From Octopus sinensis (taxonomy: Eukaryota): a stretch of DNA of 64,000 nucleotides. The notes under the pieces were generated by a model, which searched no databases, was not told where the DNA came from, and saw only the letters and a list, made by a program, of their open reading frames with translations. The DNA lies in contig NC_043006.1 of assembly GCF_006345805.1 (NCBI RefSeq), positions 60,078,001 through 60,142,000 on the forward strand. Direction: 5' to 3'. A program made the position numbers and the translations under genes. Below, piece by piece: positions 1 through 11,405 of this stretch (its first letter is position 1; each line of letters opens with the position of its first letter).

Positions 1-247
1 TTCATACCGAATCTTACTTGGTGAAATTTATTGATTATTTCTTAATTAATTAATTTTACCCTTTGTTATTATTGATAATAGAATTTTCTCCCTGAGAATA
101 TGTAGCATTTTACTTGGAGGCACACGTGGAAGGGCGGGGGAGGCTGAGTGGCTTTCATTCGTGTTTTGAATCTGGCGGTACTAACATCGGATGCAAACGG
201 CCTACATCGTTATATGAATTAATTCGTTCAGATGTTCTAGTATATAT

Positions 248-600
248 CAGTCCCACTGCGTGGCACCTTGGGCAAGTGTCTTCTACTATAGCCTCGGGCC
301 GACCAAAGCCTTGTGAGTGGATTTGGTAGACGGAAACTGAAAGAAGCCCGTCGTATATATGTATATATATATATATGCGTGTGTATGTTTGTGTGTCTGT
401 GTTTGTCCCCATAGCATTGCTTGACAACCGATGCTGGTGTGTTTATGTCCCCGTTACTTAACGGTTCGGCAAAAAGAGACCGATAGAATAAGTACTGGGC
501 TTACAAAAAGAAAAGTCCCGGGGTCGAGTTGCTCGATTAAAGGCGGTGCTCCAGCACGGCCGCAGTCAAATGACTGAAACAAGTAAAAGAGTAAAAAGAG
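248..600 (+). mobile_element. tRNA-derived SINE type A (CORE-like central domain, octopus OR-type), 5'-truncated
   Basis: GTGGCACCTTGGGCAAGTGTC core; 3' tail GGCGGTGCTCCAGCA..CAGTCAAATGACTGAAAC; many copies in the window. Confidence 0.8.
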
Positions 601-601
601 A

Positions 602-602
<1 letters not shown>

Positions 603-663
<61 letters not shown>

Positions 664-743
664 TTGTGTGTATATATATGTGTGTGTGTATATGTGTGTA
701 TATGTGTGTATATGTGTATATGTGTGTGTGTGTATATGTGTGT

Positions 744-790
<47 letters not shown>

Positions 791-871
791 TTGTATATAT
801 ATATATATATATATGTGTGTGTGCGTGTGTGTGTTTGTGTGTATATATATATATATGTGTGTGTGTGTGTT

Positions 872-919
<48 letters not shown>

Positions 920-1029
920 TATATATGTATGTATGTATATATGTGTATCTATCTATATATATATATATATATTATATATATATATATATATTATATATAT
1001 ATATATATTATATATATATATATATATAT
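603..1029. repeat. Compound (TA)n/(TG)n microsatellite
   Basis: Directly visible; one of dozens of such tracts (e.g. 2460-2580, 15670-15930, 18490-18870, 45470-45870, 55050-55300). Confidence 0.95.
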
Positions 1030-1406
1030 TAGTGGACCGAAGTAAACACACGGCCAGCGAAAACCAATTGCAAGAGAAGTTGACGTGAAATAATGCTTGA
1101 ACATTGAACAATCTGTAATCATGTTCTTTCTAAGTATGTGCTTCCTTACAGAAAACAGTCCGAGATGTAAAGACGGAGACATGGATCGGAACCAAAGTAG
1201 ACTGGCCAAAGAAAGGAAGTGACAAATCAACATGGGAATGGCACTACGATTATGTAAGTTTTTATCAGTGTTTCGGAAATAATCATCTTCACCTCCACCC
1301 CCCACCACCACAGACGCCCCCGCTACCACCACCACAACCACTACCACTACCACCAGTGTTCCATCTCCTACTGCTGCTGCTGCTCCTCCTCCTCCTCCTC
1401 CTCATC

Positions 1407-1495
<89 letters not shown>
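1407..1495. repeat. (TAC)n microsatellite within a low-complexity trinucleotide region
   Basis: Directly visible. Confidence 0.95.
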
Positions 1496-1496
<1 letters not shown>

Positions 1497-1979
1497 ATAC
1501 CCCCCCACCACCAACAACAATAGCAGTAACAGCAGCAACAACAACAAGAACACAAACATCAAGAAAGACGAAGCCCTTTTATGTTTGTTTCTCTTGCTAG
1601 AAATAACTGTGGAATATCTTTTAGCCACGCTCCCAACAGTTTCAAATAGTTCTAAAAATATTACAGCTCTATATACAACTCAAAAGAAAGATCGCACATT
1701 GACGGAAAAAAACCCCATTTCCTCACAGGCCTTCTAAGTCAGGTTTGACTCGGGGCTAAACATGAACAGCATCTGGAACAACTGCATCGACAGCAACATC
1801 AGCAACAACAACAAGGACGGCAACTTAGCAGAATCGTTATAACGATGGACAGAACACTTAACGGCTCTTTATGTTCTTAGTTGGAACCTCTTTGAGGCTA
1901 ATATTACTCTTCATCCATTTTTAATCGATAAAAGAGACTACTAGTTAAAGTACTGGAGCGAACGGGGACAACTAACTCA

Positions 1980-2376
1980 TCTTTATATATAAAAGTGAAG
2001 TTGTGTGTCTGTCTCCTACGATTTAGATTCCTAACTACTCCCACATTTTGCGGTGCAGTTTAACCAAAACCGGGTATCTTATAGTCGTGATTCATATCGA
2101 GCCCTTCTGAGTATTAGCGCGCGTCTACGATGAGTCTACGATTTAAAAGAAATTTACCATCATTTTTTTCCACTTTAATGCATTTTTTTCGCTATTATAT
2201 AAGGGAAGTAACTCTCTAAAAATGTCTACGATGAGTCAACGATTTAAAAAAAATTTACCATAATTTTTTTTCCATTTTTAATGCATTTTTTTGCTATTTT
2301 TTGGCTATAACTCTCTAAAAATGCTTATATAGTTATTTCCCTTACAAACCCGAGCAACGCCGGGCGATACTGCTAG
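1980..2376 (+). mobile_element. Non-autonomous Helitron-like element
   Basis: Starts 5'-TC and ends with a CCCG...CGGG hairpin, then CGATACTG-CTAG-3'; inserted between A and T with no TSD; internal ~100-bp tandem duplication. Confidence 0.8.
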
Positions 2377-2465
2377 TCTCCTAATAATTATTGTTCTTGC
2401 GGTGCCAAAATTGAAAACCATTCTACACACACACTCACACACACACACATGTATATGTATGTAAT

Positions 2466-2541
<76 letters not shown>

Positions 2542-2616
2542 ATATATACATACATATGTGTGTGTGTGTGTATATATGTATGATTGTGTGTGTGAGTATG
2601 GCCTATGAGCTATCAG

Positions 2617-2709
2617 ATTTCTGATAAATCGCTGTGTACATTAAGCCATTCAAAAACATCTTCCTGTATCATAAAAAGATTGATCATTTTTCGTATTAAG
2701 TTAAAAAAT
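2617..2709 (+). CDS. Possible upstream internal exon of the membrane-protein gene (ISDKSLCTLSHSKTSSCIIKRLIIFRIKLKN)
   Basis: Open 93-nt phase 0-0 segment ending at a consensus donor (AAT|gtaagt at 2710); phase-compatible with exon 3477. The acceptor (ctatcag) lacks a pyrimidine tract, so support is weak. Confidence 0.3.
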
Positions 2710-3242
2710 GTAAGTGGATCTCGCTCAGTTTCGATGGTGAATACTTACCTGCTCGATCCATTGAACTACCTACTCTTTGAATTTGCGTAATAGTGGCTGA
2801 CTATTACATGAATTCTTCAAGACAGTTTTCGCAAACTCAGTTTCACTCACAAAGCTTGGGCCAACCCAAGGCAGTAGTAGAATAAACTTTAAAAAATACA
2901 GTTACTCAAGATGTTATACAGTGATTGCTTAACGGTCTTAATTCGGCTATTTTACGTCTACTACTCCCTCACATGAACACGCATTTTATTTCATATATAT
3001 TTTTGATGACATTAATTTAGTGCTTATCTATGTATGCATAATGTACTTTACTGCATTTGCTTGTCGCCGCATCCCTGAAACCTTGAGGTTTCTTCTTTCT
3101 TCTAAATTGTATTTTCGTATATAAAATTTCTGGATACTTGCATGTTTATGAGGGACTACCATGGACAACTTTTCTTCCTAACTATAATTATATACATATC
3201 TCTGTAGCATTTATAAATGCCATTAACAGTTGCTTGCACATT

Positions 3243-3301
3243 ATGTATGTATGTATGTATGTATGTATGTATGTATGTATGTATGTATGTATGTATGTAT
3301 G

Positions 3302-3359
<58 letters not shown>

Positions 3360-3375
3360 CCTATCTATCTATCTG
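3243..3375. repeat. (TATG)n-(TATC)n compound microsatellite
   Basis: Directly visible. Confidence 0.95.
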
Positions 3376-3476
3376 TCTGTTTGCCTGTTTGTCTGTCTAT
3401 CTGTCTGTCTGGCTAGCTGGCTGGCTATCTGTTTTCTGCGCAGACATACACCTATATAATTTTAAATATATTTCAG

Positions 3477-3548
3477 GGTAAGTCCGTCGACAGCCAAGTG
3501 ATAAAATCAAAGGCCGTCCCAGTTGAATTCAACGTTCATCTTCCTGAT
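3477..3548 (+). CDS. Internal exon, type I membrane protein (GKSVDSQVIKSKAVPVEFNVHLPD)
   Basis: tatttcag| acceptor and GAT|gtaagt donor; only frame 0 is open; phase 0-0 joins exon 6506. Confidence 0.8.
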
Positions 3549-4581
3549 GTAAGTTTGCCTATATTTTTTAGAAGTGTTATGTCATTGCAGTATTGGCTGC
3601 ATTGAAAGCACTCCACCACAAAGTTTTGAGGTGTTTTAAATTTCTATGTTGTATTTGAATTCCATATTACACCATCTTTATATAGAAAAAATTATAAACC
3701 TTTATCCAGCAATACAATACTTCATCTATACTTTTGAAGAGGGCAAGGAATGGGAACTTCGGAATAAGGTCGAGAGTTTTAGTTTCGAATAAATGAATAT
3801 TCTCGTGCTACAACAGTGAAAACTTCTCGAGTTCTAGATTGAAACATTTACACACCTGCCCGCCAAAACACACACGCACACACACACACACACACACACA
3901 CCACACACACCACACACACACACACACACATATACTCAAACACACAACGAAAGGTAACTTTGCACGAGCTCCGGTAGATTTACATATAGAGCTCGTCAGT
4001 GAATTTGGTAGCATTAATTGTGAAAACTGAATAATCTAAGATTCTGGGCTCATGCTCGTCGTCTGAGAACAAAGAAGATAGAGAAAGAGAGGAAACGAAA
4101 GAAAGGGAGAAGAAGGGAAAGAGAGGTAGAGAGAGTGGGAAAAGAAAGTGACTTCCCTTTGACCGTAAGCTAATATATGATGGTTGGATTGAAGTGAGGA
4201 TGTGACGTGTAGAGTGGCGAGTGGAGCAAGTGGGAAGAGGAACATGAGATAGGCGGGATGAGATAGATGATACGGGATGAGTTACAGAGTCGACTAAGAT
4301 GGAAGAAGCCAGAACGAGGGAAGAAAGTTGGAAAGAGCTATTGTCGGAGACGATGTTCAAGACAGAGGACTGGGGAACGTAAAAACGAAACTGAAGAGAA
4401 TGGGAATCAAAGAAAGCTTATACATAGATGCTACCCCCCTCTCCTCCATGAGTGAATTGCTTAAATAATAACCTATTTGAGTATCGCCTGTCCCTTTTGA
4501 AACAGCAAGTTATAGCTACAGCCGAAGTCAGGTGCCGTGTGATACTTAATGTAGCTGTAGCAAAATAAATAAATAAATAAA

Positions 4582-4631
<50 letters not shown>

Positions 4632-4667
4632 ATAATAATAATAATAATAATAATAATATATATATAT

Positions 4668-4703
<36 letters not shown>

Positions 4704-4704
<1 letters not shown>

Positions 4705-5541
4705 TGGGTCATCCCATAAATAGTGTGATTTCTTTTATACTTTTATTTTTCAAAATTGAGATAATCAAAGTTCACTTTTAATCTAAAAAATACTCTCCTT
4801 CATTTTCTACAATGCTCTTCCATCAATCTGGCAGATCTGCAAGGCCCTTCTTCCAAATTATACTTGTCCGTGACGAAAAATACTCTTTCTACAGAATTCA
4901 TATTTTTTCCAACCAAATGATTTTGAAGACTGCTGAATAAAAGATAATCAGATGGGGCAATGTCCGGGGAATATGGTGGGTAGAGCATTGTTCCCATTCA
5001 AACTGCTCCTGCCTTTGGAATGTCAGTTTTACTGTATGTGGCCGAACATTATGATATAAGAACACCTTTCATCTTGAAACCAAAGATGGTTGTTTTTTTC
5101 TCCTAGCGCTGACTTAAGCCGCTCAAGCTGCACCTTTGTTGTCGTCTGTTTTGGATTTAAAAGTTCAAAGTGGCCTAAACCTTTCATATCCCACCAAACA
5201 GATAACAACACCTTACGTGGGTGAAGACCTTCTTTAGCCTGGGGTGCTGGTGTTTCTCCTTTTTTTACCCGCTGTCTTCGGCACTTGACATTTTTATAGA
5301 GAATCCATTTTTCGTTACCAGTTACTATTTGGTCCCAAAGTGATTCATTCGTGAGACGTGACAGCGAAGAAGAGCACACATTCACTCTCTGCGCAAGATT
5401 AGACTCGAAAACTTTTTGAGGAACCCATTGACCCAATTTGGTGACTAATTTGATGATACGCAGGTGTCGATGAATGGTTGAATGACCAAATCCAAGCTTC
5501 TCTGCTAGTTCTCCAACTGCATCATTTATGGGATAACCTAA
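4704..5541 (-). mobile_element. Internally deleted mariner transposon
   Basis: TA-flanked TIRs TTGGGTCATCCCATAAATA / TTAGGTTATCCCATAAATG. Transposase fragments: HTH, WVPQK (WVPHEL-like), GNEKW, HPRKVLLSVWWD, YSPDIAPSDY. The 5' TIR abuts the middle of the HTH. Confidence 0.92.
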
Positions 5542-6505
5542 TATACGTATGAATATGAGACATTTTAGCAAAGCCATTTTGTCGTCGCCTTTTTGGCGTC
5601 ACTGATTCGACGCTGACTTATTTATCATAAGATGTTTTAACGTTTCTCTCGAACTCCCTCACTTCTCCCTCTATTTATGTGAGTCAGCTTATATATCTTT
5701 ATGTGTATAAATAGGGAGAAAATATTTATATCAACGTGTTCAATTAAGAAATTGTAATATTCATTTTTCTTACCCTCTCCCATTCTGTCTCTTACACTTT
5801 TTTCTCTGTATATGTGTATTTCTGCACACATATACGTGTGTGCATGTATGTGTTTGCCTCCAACTCCAGCAAGTACTTTCGCCAAAATAGGTTGAATGTC
5901 CAGTCGGCCGTGCCAAATTGCCAGCATCTAAACAGCTGTGCCTAATAATATCTTCATACTTTAAAGCTCCATCAGGTTTAATGTTTGACTGTTTTCTAAA
6001 GGAAGAGGTTGCCATTTCATTTAGCCATTAGATGTTTGGAAGCTGTTACGTCTAATACATAGAACATTTAACAATACTTAAGGCTTGTGGAAATTTCATA
6101 AAAATCGAGACTCTGTAGTTCCTGATCAAAATTCTATCCTTGGCAATTATTTTTCTATAGATATAAAAGGTGACTTTGCTTAAACAGATTATGTATTTAC
6201 TAGAGTTTTCAGAAATACACTAAAAACAACAGCCTCAACAATGTATCTTGAAGAATACAGTTCTAATCTGGAATTAATCAATTAACCATGAAGACTAAGG
6301 GAGGGCGCTAAGCGAAACATATTTTACTTCTTTCGTTCAGAACACTAATTTATTTCACTTTTATAGTATTTATAATCACTAACCGCCAGAGCTTTATTGA
6401 TTTTTACTGCTTAATTTATGTTTTCTTTTTCATTCACAAACGGAAAAATCTGATATTATCATTCATTTTGTTTCCTTTTTCTCTTCTTGAAATTCTTCAA
6501 TTTAG

Positions 6506-6623
6506 GAAAGCTACTTCTTCAGCGTTTTCGCCTTCTCTGATATTCAACCAAGAATATATGCCTATGATGTCAGTGCATGTTACTTGCACAGTGACCGAGA
6601 AAAGTTTGCTTTGTCCATCACAA
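6506..6623 (+). CDS. Internal exon (ESYFFSVFAFSDIQPRIYAYDVSACYLHSDREKFALSIT+A)
   Basis: Pyrimidine-rich tttag| acceptor and CAA|gtcagt donor; 118 nt, phase 0-1, exactly bridging exons 3477 and 13567. Not present in the ORF track in this frame. Confidence 0.85.
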
Positions 6624-7318
6624 GTCAGTTTTGCATTTATCTTAGTTTTTTGTTTAGTTTTTGTTTTATTTTAAAATTTCTTTCTAATTTTATTTCCGTT
6701 TTTATATTCTGAGTTCATATCCTTCCGAGGTTATCCTTGCATTTCCTCTCACTGGGAATAAGAAAATAAAGTACCAGCCAGAGCCAAGTATCGGTACATG
6801 TAATCGACTAACACCCTCCCCTCAACTTGCTAAATTAGAAATTATCCTTTACGTTCTGACATCAAATTCTGCCGAGTTCAACCCTTGCCTTTCATCTCTC
6901 TACGGCCGATAAAATAAAGTGCTAGTCAAGTATTAATATCAATATAATCGACTGTCTCCTACAGTGGTCGATATAATCAACTTTCTTCAACAGGCTCCAA
7001 TATAATTGAATTTTCTCTACTCACAAACTTCTCGCTTTGTGTATATGCCACAAACAATTATATCCTTTCATTTTTTTTCTTCCTTTCTGTCTAATGAAAT
7101 ACATTTACTTTGATCGGATAAAACGAAAGAATATTTTTCTTGAAGGTCATAGAACAATCCATTCCAGAATATTACATGCATTATTTTAACAAGCACAAGT
7201 ATAACAAAAGTATGGATTTGAACGGCAACGATGCAGCTAACGCCATTAAAGATTTAGACTGACTTCCAAATACTTGTGGTAGCGGATCCGTCTAATAACT
7301 CACTATATATACATACAT

Positions 7319-7399
<81 letters not shown>

Positions 7400-7453
7400 C
7401 ACGCTCTTCCACAGAAAGAAACAAAGAGAGAAGATAAAGACTGTGTAGTGATA

Positions 7454-7496
<43 letters not shown>

Positions 7497-7585
7497 TTAG
7501 GGAGTAAATCCAAACTGACAGGGAAAAATAAGATATAGGATTAAATCTATTTTTACAGTATAAATATATATATTTATATATTAAA

Positions 7586-8244
7586 ATAATGATAAATGTC
7601 AGAGCGAGTTATAAACAGTAGCAGCAACACATCGTGACGTATATTTGCCATTTGAATATGGCTAACCCCTAAGGGTGGATGCTACTGTAGTTTGTAGCCC
7701 CAGGAAGATACCTCCTCCAGCTGGCTATAGACACACTTTCTGTGCCCTATCAGTATTTGTGAAAGGAAGTTATCCTTCCCGTCTTCAACTTATGATACAC
7801 ACGGACTCGAGTTTCAAAGTATTTACCTATCATCGGCGTGTGACAATCATAGTTGTCGACGAGAAGTCGGTTTCCTTCACAAATACATATACTTTTTCCA
7901 GTATCGATTGACACTGATATTAAAAAAGTGAAATCAAACAATGATAAATCTCAGAGCGAGTTATAAACAGTAGCAGCAACACATCGTGACGTATATTTGC
8001 CATTTGAATATGGCTAACCCCTAAGGGTGGATGCTACTGTAGTTTGTAGCCCCAGGAGGACACCTCCTCGAGTCCGTGTGTATCATAAGTTGAAGACGGG
8101 AAGGATGGCTTCCCTTCGCAAATACTGATAGGGCACAGAAAGTGTGTCTATAGCCAGCTGGAGGAGGTGTCCTCCTGGGGCTACACACTACAGTAGAATC
8201 TACCCTTAGGGGTTAGCCATATTCAAATGGCAAATATACGTCAC
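7586..8244. mobile_element. Non-coding Penelope-like/retrozyme composite: 352-bp monomer + partial direct repeat + inverted copy
   Basis: Direct repeat starting at 7588 and 7940; inverted repeat 7634-7811 vs 8067-8244; 13-bp TSD TTTATATATTAAA at 7573-7585 and 8245-8257; contains a hammerhead motif. Confidence 0.8.
7798..7842 (-). ncRNA. Type I hammerhead ribozyme motif (U4>C core variant)
   Basis: Minus strand reads CACACG-CCGATGA-TAGGTAAATACTTT-GAAA-CTCGAG-TC-CGTGTG: 6-bp stem I, palindromic stem III (ACTCGAGT), GUC site. Confidence 0.75.
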
Positions 8245-8420
8245 TTTATATATTAAATTAGAGATAAAACCACTATTAGGCAAATCAAGCAGTGAAACAC
8301 ATAAATCAAAACATAGAAATAAAATTAATTAATATAATATACAAAATATATAAAATATAAAATTCAAAATTTAAAGTTAAAATTTAAAGATTTTTAAAAT
8401 TATTAATTTATACTTATAAA

Positions 8421-8498
<78 letters not shown>

Positions 8499-8500
8499 AA

Positions 8501-8876
8501 CTAGCAGTATCGCCCGGCGTTGCTCAGGTTTGTAAGGGAAATAACTATAAAGCATTTTTAGAGAGTTATAGCAAAAAATAGCAAAAAAATGGAAAAAAAT
8601 GATGGTAAATTTTTTTTGAGAGTAAAAAAAGGTGGAGTTGCGTCCCCTAGACAGTTTGTGTTTCTGATTCTTGACCCCATGTCGAATTTATCGATTTTTT
8701 TCAGAACTGGGGGAACTTTTCAAAATTTTCGCTGCGTTAGTTTTGAATTATGACATTGGGCTATGTGTGTGTCAAGTTTCATCAGAATCGGTTGAAAGCC
8801 GTGGTCAGGGTGAGGGTACGAGAAAACAGACACACAGAAACACGCACAGACAAACTGCCGTTTATATAGAGAGAGA
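8501..8876 (-). mobile_element. Non-autonomous Helitron-like element (same 3' end as 1980-2376, different 5' part)
   Basis: On the minus strand: A|TC start, and hairpin + CGATACTGCTAG|T end; the last ~100 bp match the 2.3-kb copy. Confidence 0.8.
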
Positions 8877-8936
8877 TATATAACTATCAAAAAACTATTA
8901 AAAAGTTAAATATAAGATAAAAAGTATATATATATG

Positions 8937-9005
<69 letters not shown>

Positions 9006-9443
9006 ATATTACATATACATGTATTTATAAAATATATATATTTATATAACATATATATATATATATATATTATACATAAACATATATACATATATTATAT
9101 ATATATATATATTATGTTGCTTTGAGTATTTGTATAAGAGAAGGTTTTAGCTTTTGAGTTTTGAAGCTAAAAGGAGTTTTTGGTAGTATAAGGAAAATTC
9201 ATACTTAATCAGCTTGGAACCGATTTCACCGATGTCAGATTTTGAAAGTTTACGTAATTTTTCCATATTTCTTTCTCTATTTACATGATAGGTAAATATA
9301 AAATTTGTTCCATCATGGTAATGTCGGAGCATATAGCAAGCATACATTAATTATAATTTGCCTTTTATCAAATTCCATGGTATTTATATACAAAATAATG
9401 AATTGAATTTAAGTTTTCGAAGAAAAATATTTATTTCTTCAAA

Positions 9444-9756
9444 GTCACCTTGATCACAGTGACCGACCAGGCTATCAGATGTTGCTACACATCGCTGGTC
9501 ATAATGTGCTTCGCATTGTTTTAGCCTTCAAATGACGCCACCCCGCTGGCTAAGCGAGCAGGCCAACAGAAGAAAGAGTGAGAGAAAGTTGTGGCGAAAG
9601 AGTACAGCAGGGATCGCCACCACCCCCTGCCGGGGCCTCGTGGGGCTTTAGGTGTTTTTGCTCAATAAAAACTCAAAACGCCCGGTCTGGGAATCGAAAT
9701 CGTGATCCTACAACTGCGAGTCCGCTGTCCTAACCACTGGGCCATTGCGCCTCCAC
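9444..9756 (-). mobile_element. tRNA-derived SINE type C (tail variant 1)
   Basis: A box TGGCCCAGTGG and B-box-like GATTTCGATTCC; head shared with the 29278 and 30980 copies. Confidence 0.8.
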
Positions 9757-10073
9757 TTCAAAGTAAAATTAGGAAAAAAATACAATTCTCATTTACAACT
9801 CCTCTCATAACTACTTTGCCTTTCACTTGCTCTGCTTCACCCCCTTCTCCCCTTCGTCTGCCTATAACACTTTCTCTCTCACAGTGTGTGTGCATAGCGT
9901 TCCTTTGCTCACAACTCGCACTCATTCTGCACCTCTTATGCTAACTCTTTCTTTTACTTTCTCTCCTCCTCTCTCTTTATGATGTGAAGCAGGGCTTGAG
10001 ATATCAACCAACCAGTCAACATTTGTATCAGCTATATTATATAGAAGTTACGCTGAACCTGGTCTGGCAGAAA

Positions 10074-10288
10074 CGTTAGCACGCCGGGCGAAATGCTTAG
10101 CGGTATTTCGTCTGCCGTTACGTTGTGAGTTCAAATTCCGCCGAGGTCGACTTTGCCTTTCATCCTTTCGGGGTCGATAAATTAAGTACCAGTTACGCAC
10201 TGGGGTCGATGTAATCGACTTTATACCTATGTCTGTCCTTGTTTGTCCCCTCTGTGTTTAGCCCCTTGTGGGTAATAAAGAAATAGGT
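10074..10288 (+). mobile_element. tRNA-derived SINE type B
   Basis: CTGGCAGAAACGTTAGCACGCCGGGCG..GAGTTCAAATTCC..GGGGTCGAT..CCCCTTGTGGGT; the same family occurs at ~18240-18465, 20990-21300, 27243-28010 (cluster), 39920-40135, 59355-59562 and 61110-61535. Confidence 0.85.
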
Positions 10289-10479
10289 ATCACCGGCGAA
10301 TCAGATTCGCAAGAAGGGTTCGATATCTCTATTGAAGACATTTCAGTTTTTCAGCTAATGTTCCTTGGAAAGATATGAGCGTCACAACTCTCATACCGAG
10401 AAATCAACAGAGTGGATCATCGCTTTTTTATTTCTGGCCAGCAGCGCTGTCAGACTGATGAACAATTGTTCCTTTAAAT

Positions 10480-10525
<46 letters not shown>

Positions 10526-10545
10526 ATATATAATATATATATAAT

Positions 10546-10581
<36 letters not shown>

Positions 10582-10699
10582 TATATAACACAACTACACT
10601 CTCTCTCCTCTCTTAAATTTCTTTACCTTTCTTACGTTGCACTTCACTTTGTCACTGTCTCTCCCTTTTCTCGCTCTCTCTCTCTCTCTCTCTTCTCCC

Positions 10700-10928
10700 C
10701 CTCCTTAATTCCTTTGTTCCTCTTTTTTCTCTCTCTTCTCCCCTTCCTTATTTCCTTTGTTCCTCTTTTCCTATCTCTTCTCTTCTCACGTGACCGCTGG
10801 CCGACTACTGGCCTTTTTGGGTTTGGTAGCGGTCGAGCAACATTTTTCTTCTGCCGTAAGGCTTAAATTCCTAACAGGCCAGCTGAATTCAATTCGTTTC
10901 CAGTCGAAAGATGCCTGTTGTGATGTCC

Positions 10929-10992
<64 letters not shown>

Positions 10993-11265
10993 TGATTTTT
11001 AGTATTATTTTTGTATTTATATTCGTGTAACATCGTCCGTTTTTCCGTCCTTGTTTCGTATACATTCGAAGTTTTTTTCCAAAGAATCTAATGCTCTTAG
11101 CTTAGCTTTTCCTTGGGGCTGGCCAGATTGGAGCAATCTCAAGATTAATCAGCCGAAATTGCGAGGATGATCCGGTTCTTGACTGAAGATTTAAGGCTTC
11201 GAACGACTCGTCCGTGATTTTAGTATCGTCTTCTGGATATTTTGCGTTCTTGTCCCATTTTGTAT
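10700..11265 (+). repeat. Dispersed non-coding repeat (second copy at ~24090-24650), class unassigned
   Basis: Two diverged colinear copies, each with an internal (TAT)n-like tract and flanked by simple repeats. Confidence 0.75.
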
Positions 11266-11282
11266 ATATATATATTATATAT

Positions 11283-11333
<51 letters not shown>

Positions 11334-11372
11334 TATATATATTATATATATATATATATGTGTGTGTGTGTG

Positions 11373-11405
<33 letters not shown>

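Noticed and set aside
454-1088. Many long ORFs rich in YI/CV/HT/YL repeats (also ~15.6-16.0, 18.4-18.9, 45.5-46.0, 52.1-52.3 and 55.0-55.3 kb)
   Set aside because: They are translations of (TA)n, (TG)n, (TATG)n and (TATC)n microsatellites, with no splice or protein-family support.
4200-4380. Minus-strand CNSSRIIYLI..ISCSS resembling a PLE GIY-YIG start
   Set aside because: The YIG half is absent and the similarity is too short.
11175-11215. CTGAAGA...GAAG.CTTC-GAA motif in the 10.7/24.1-kb repeat
   Set aside because: GAAA is incomplete in both copies and there is no stem I pairing, so it is not called a hammerhead.
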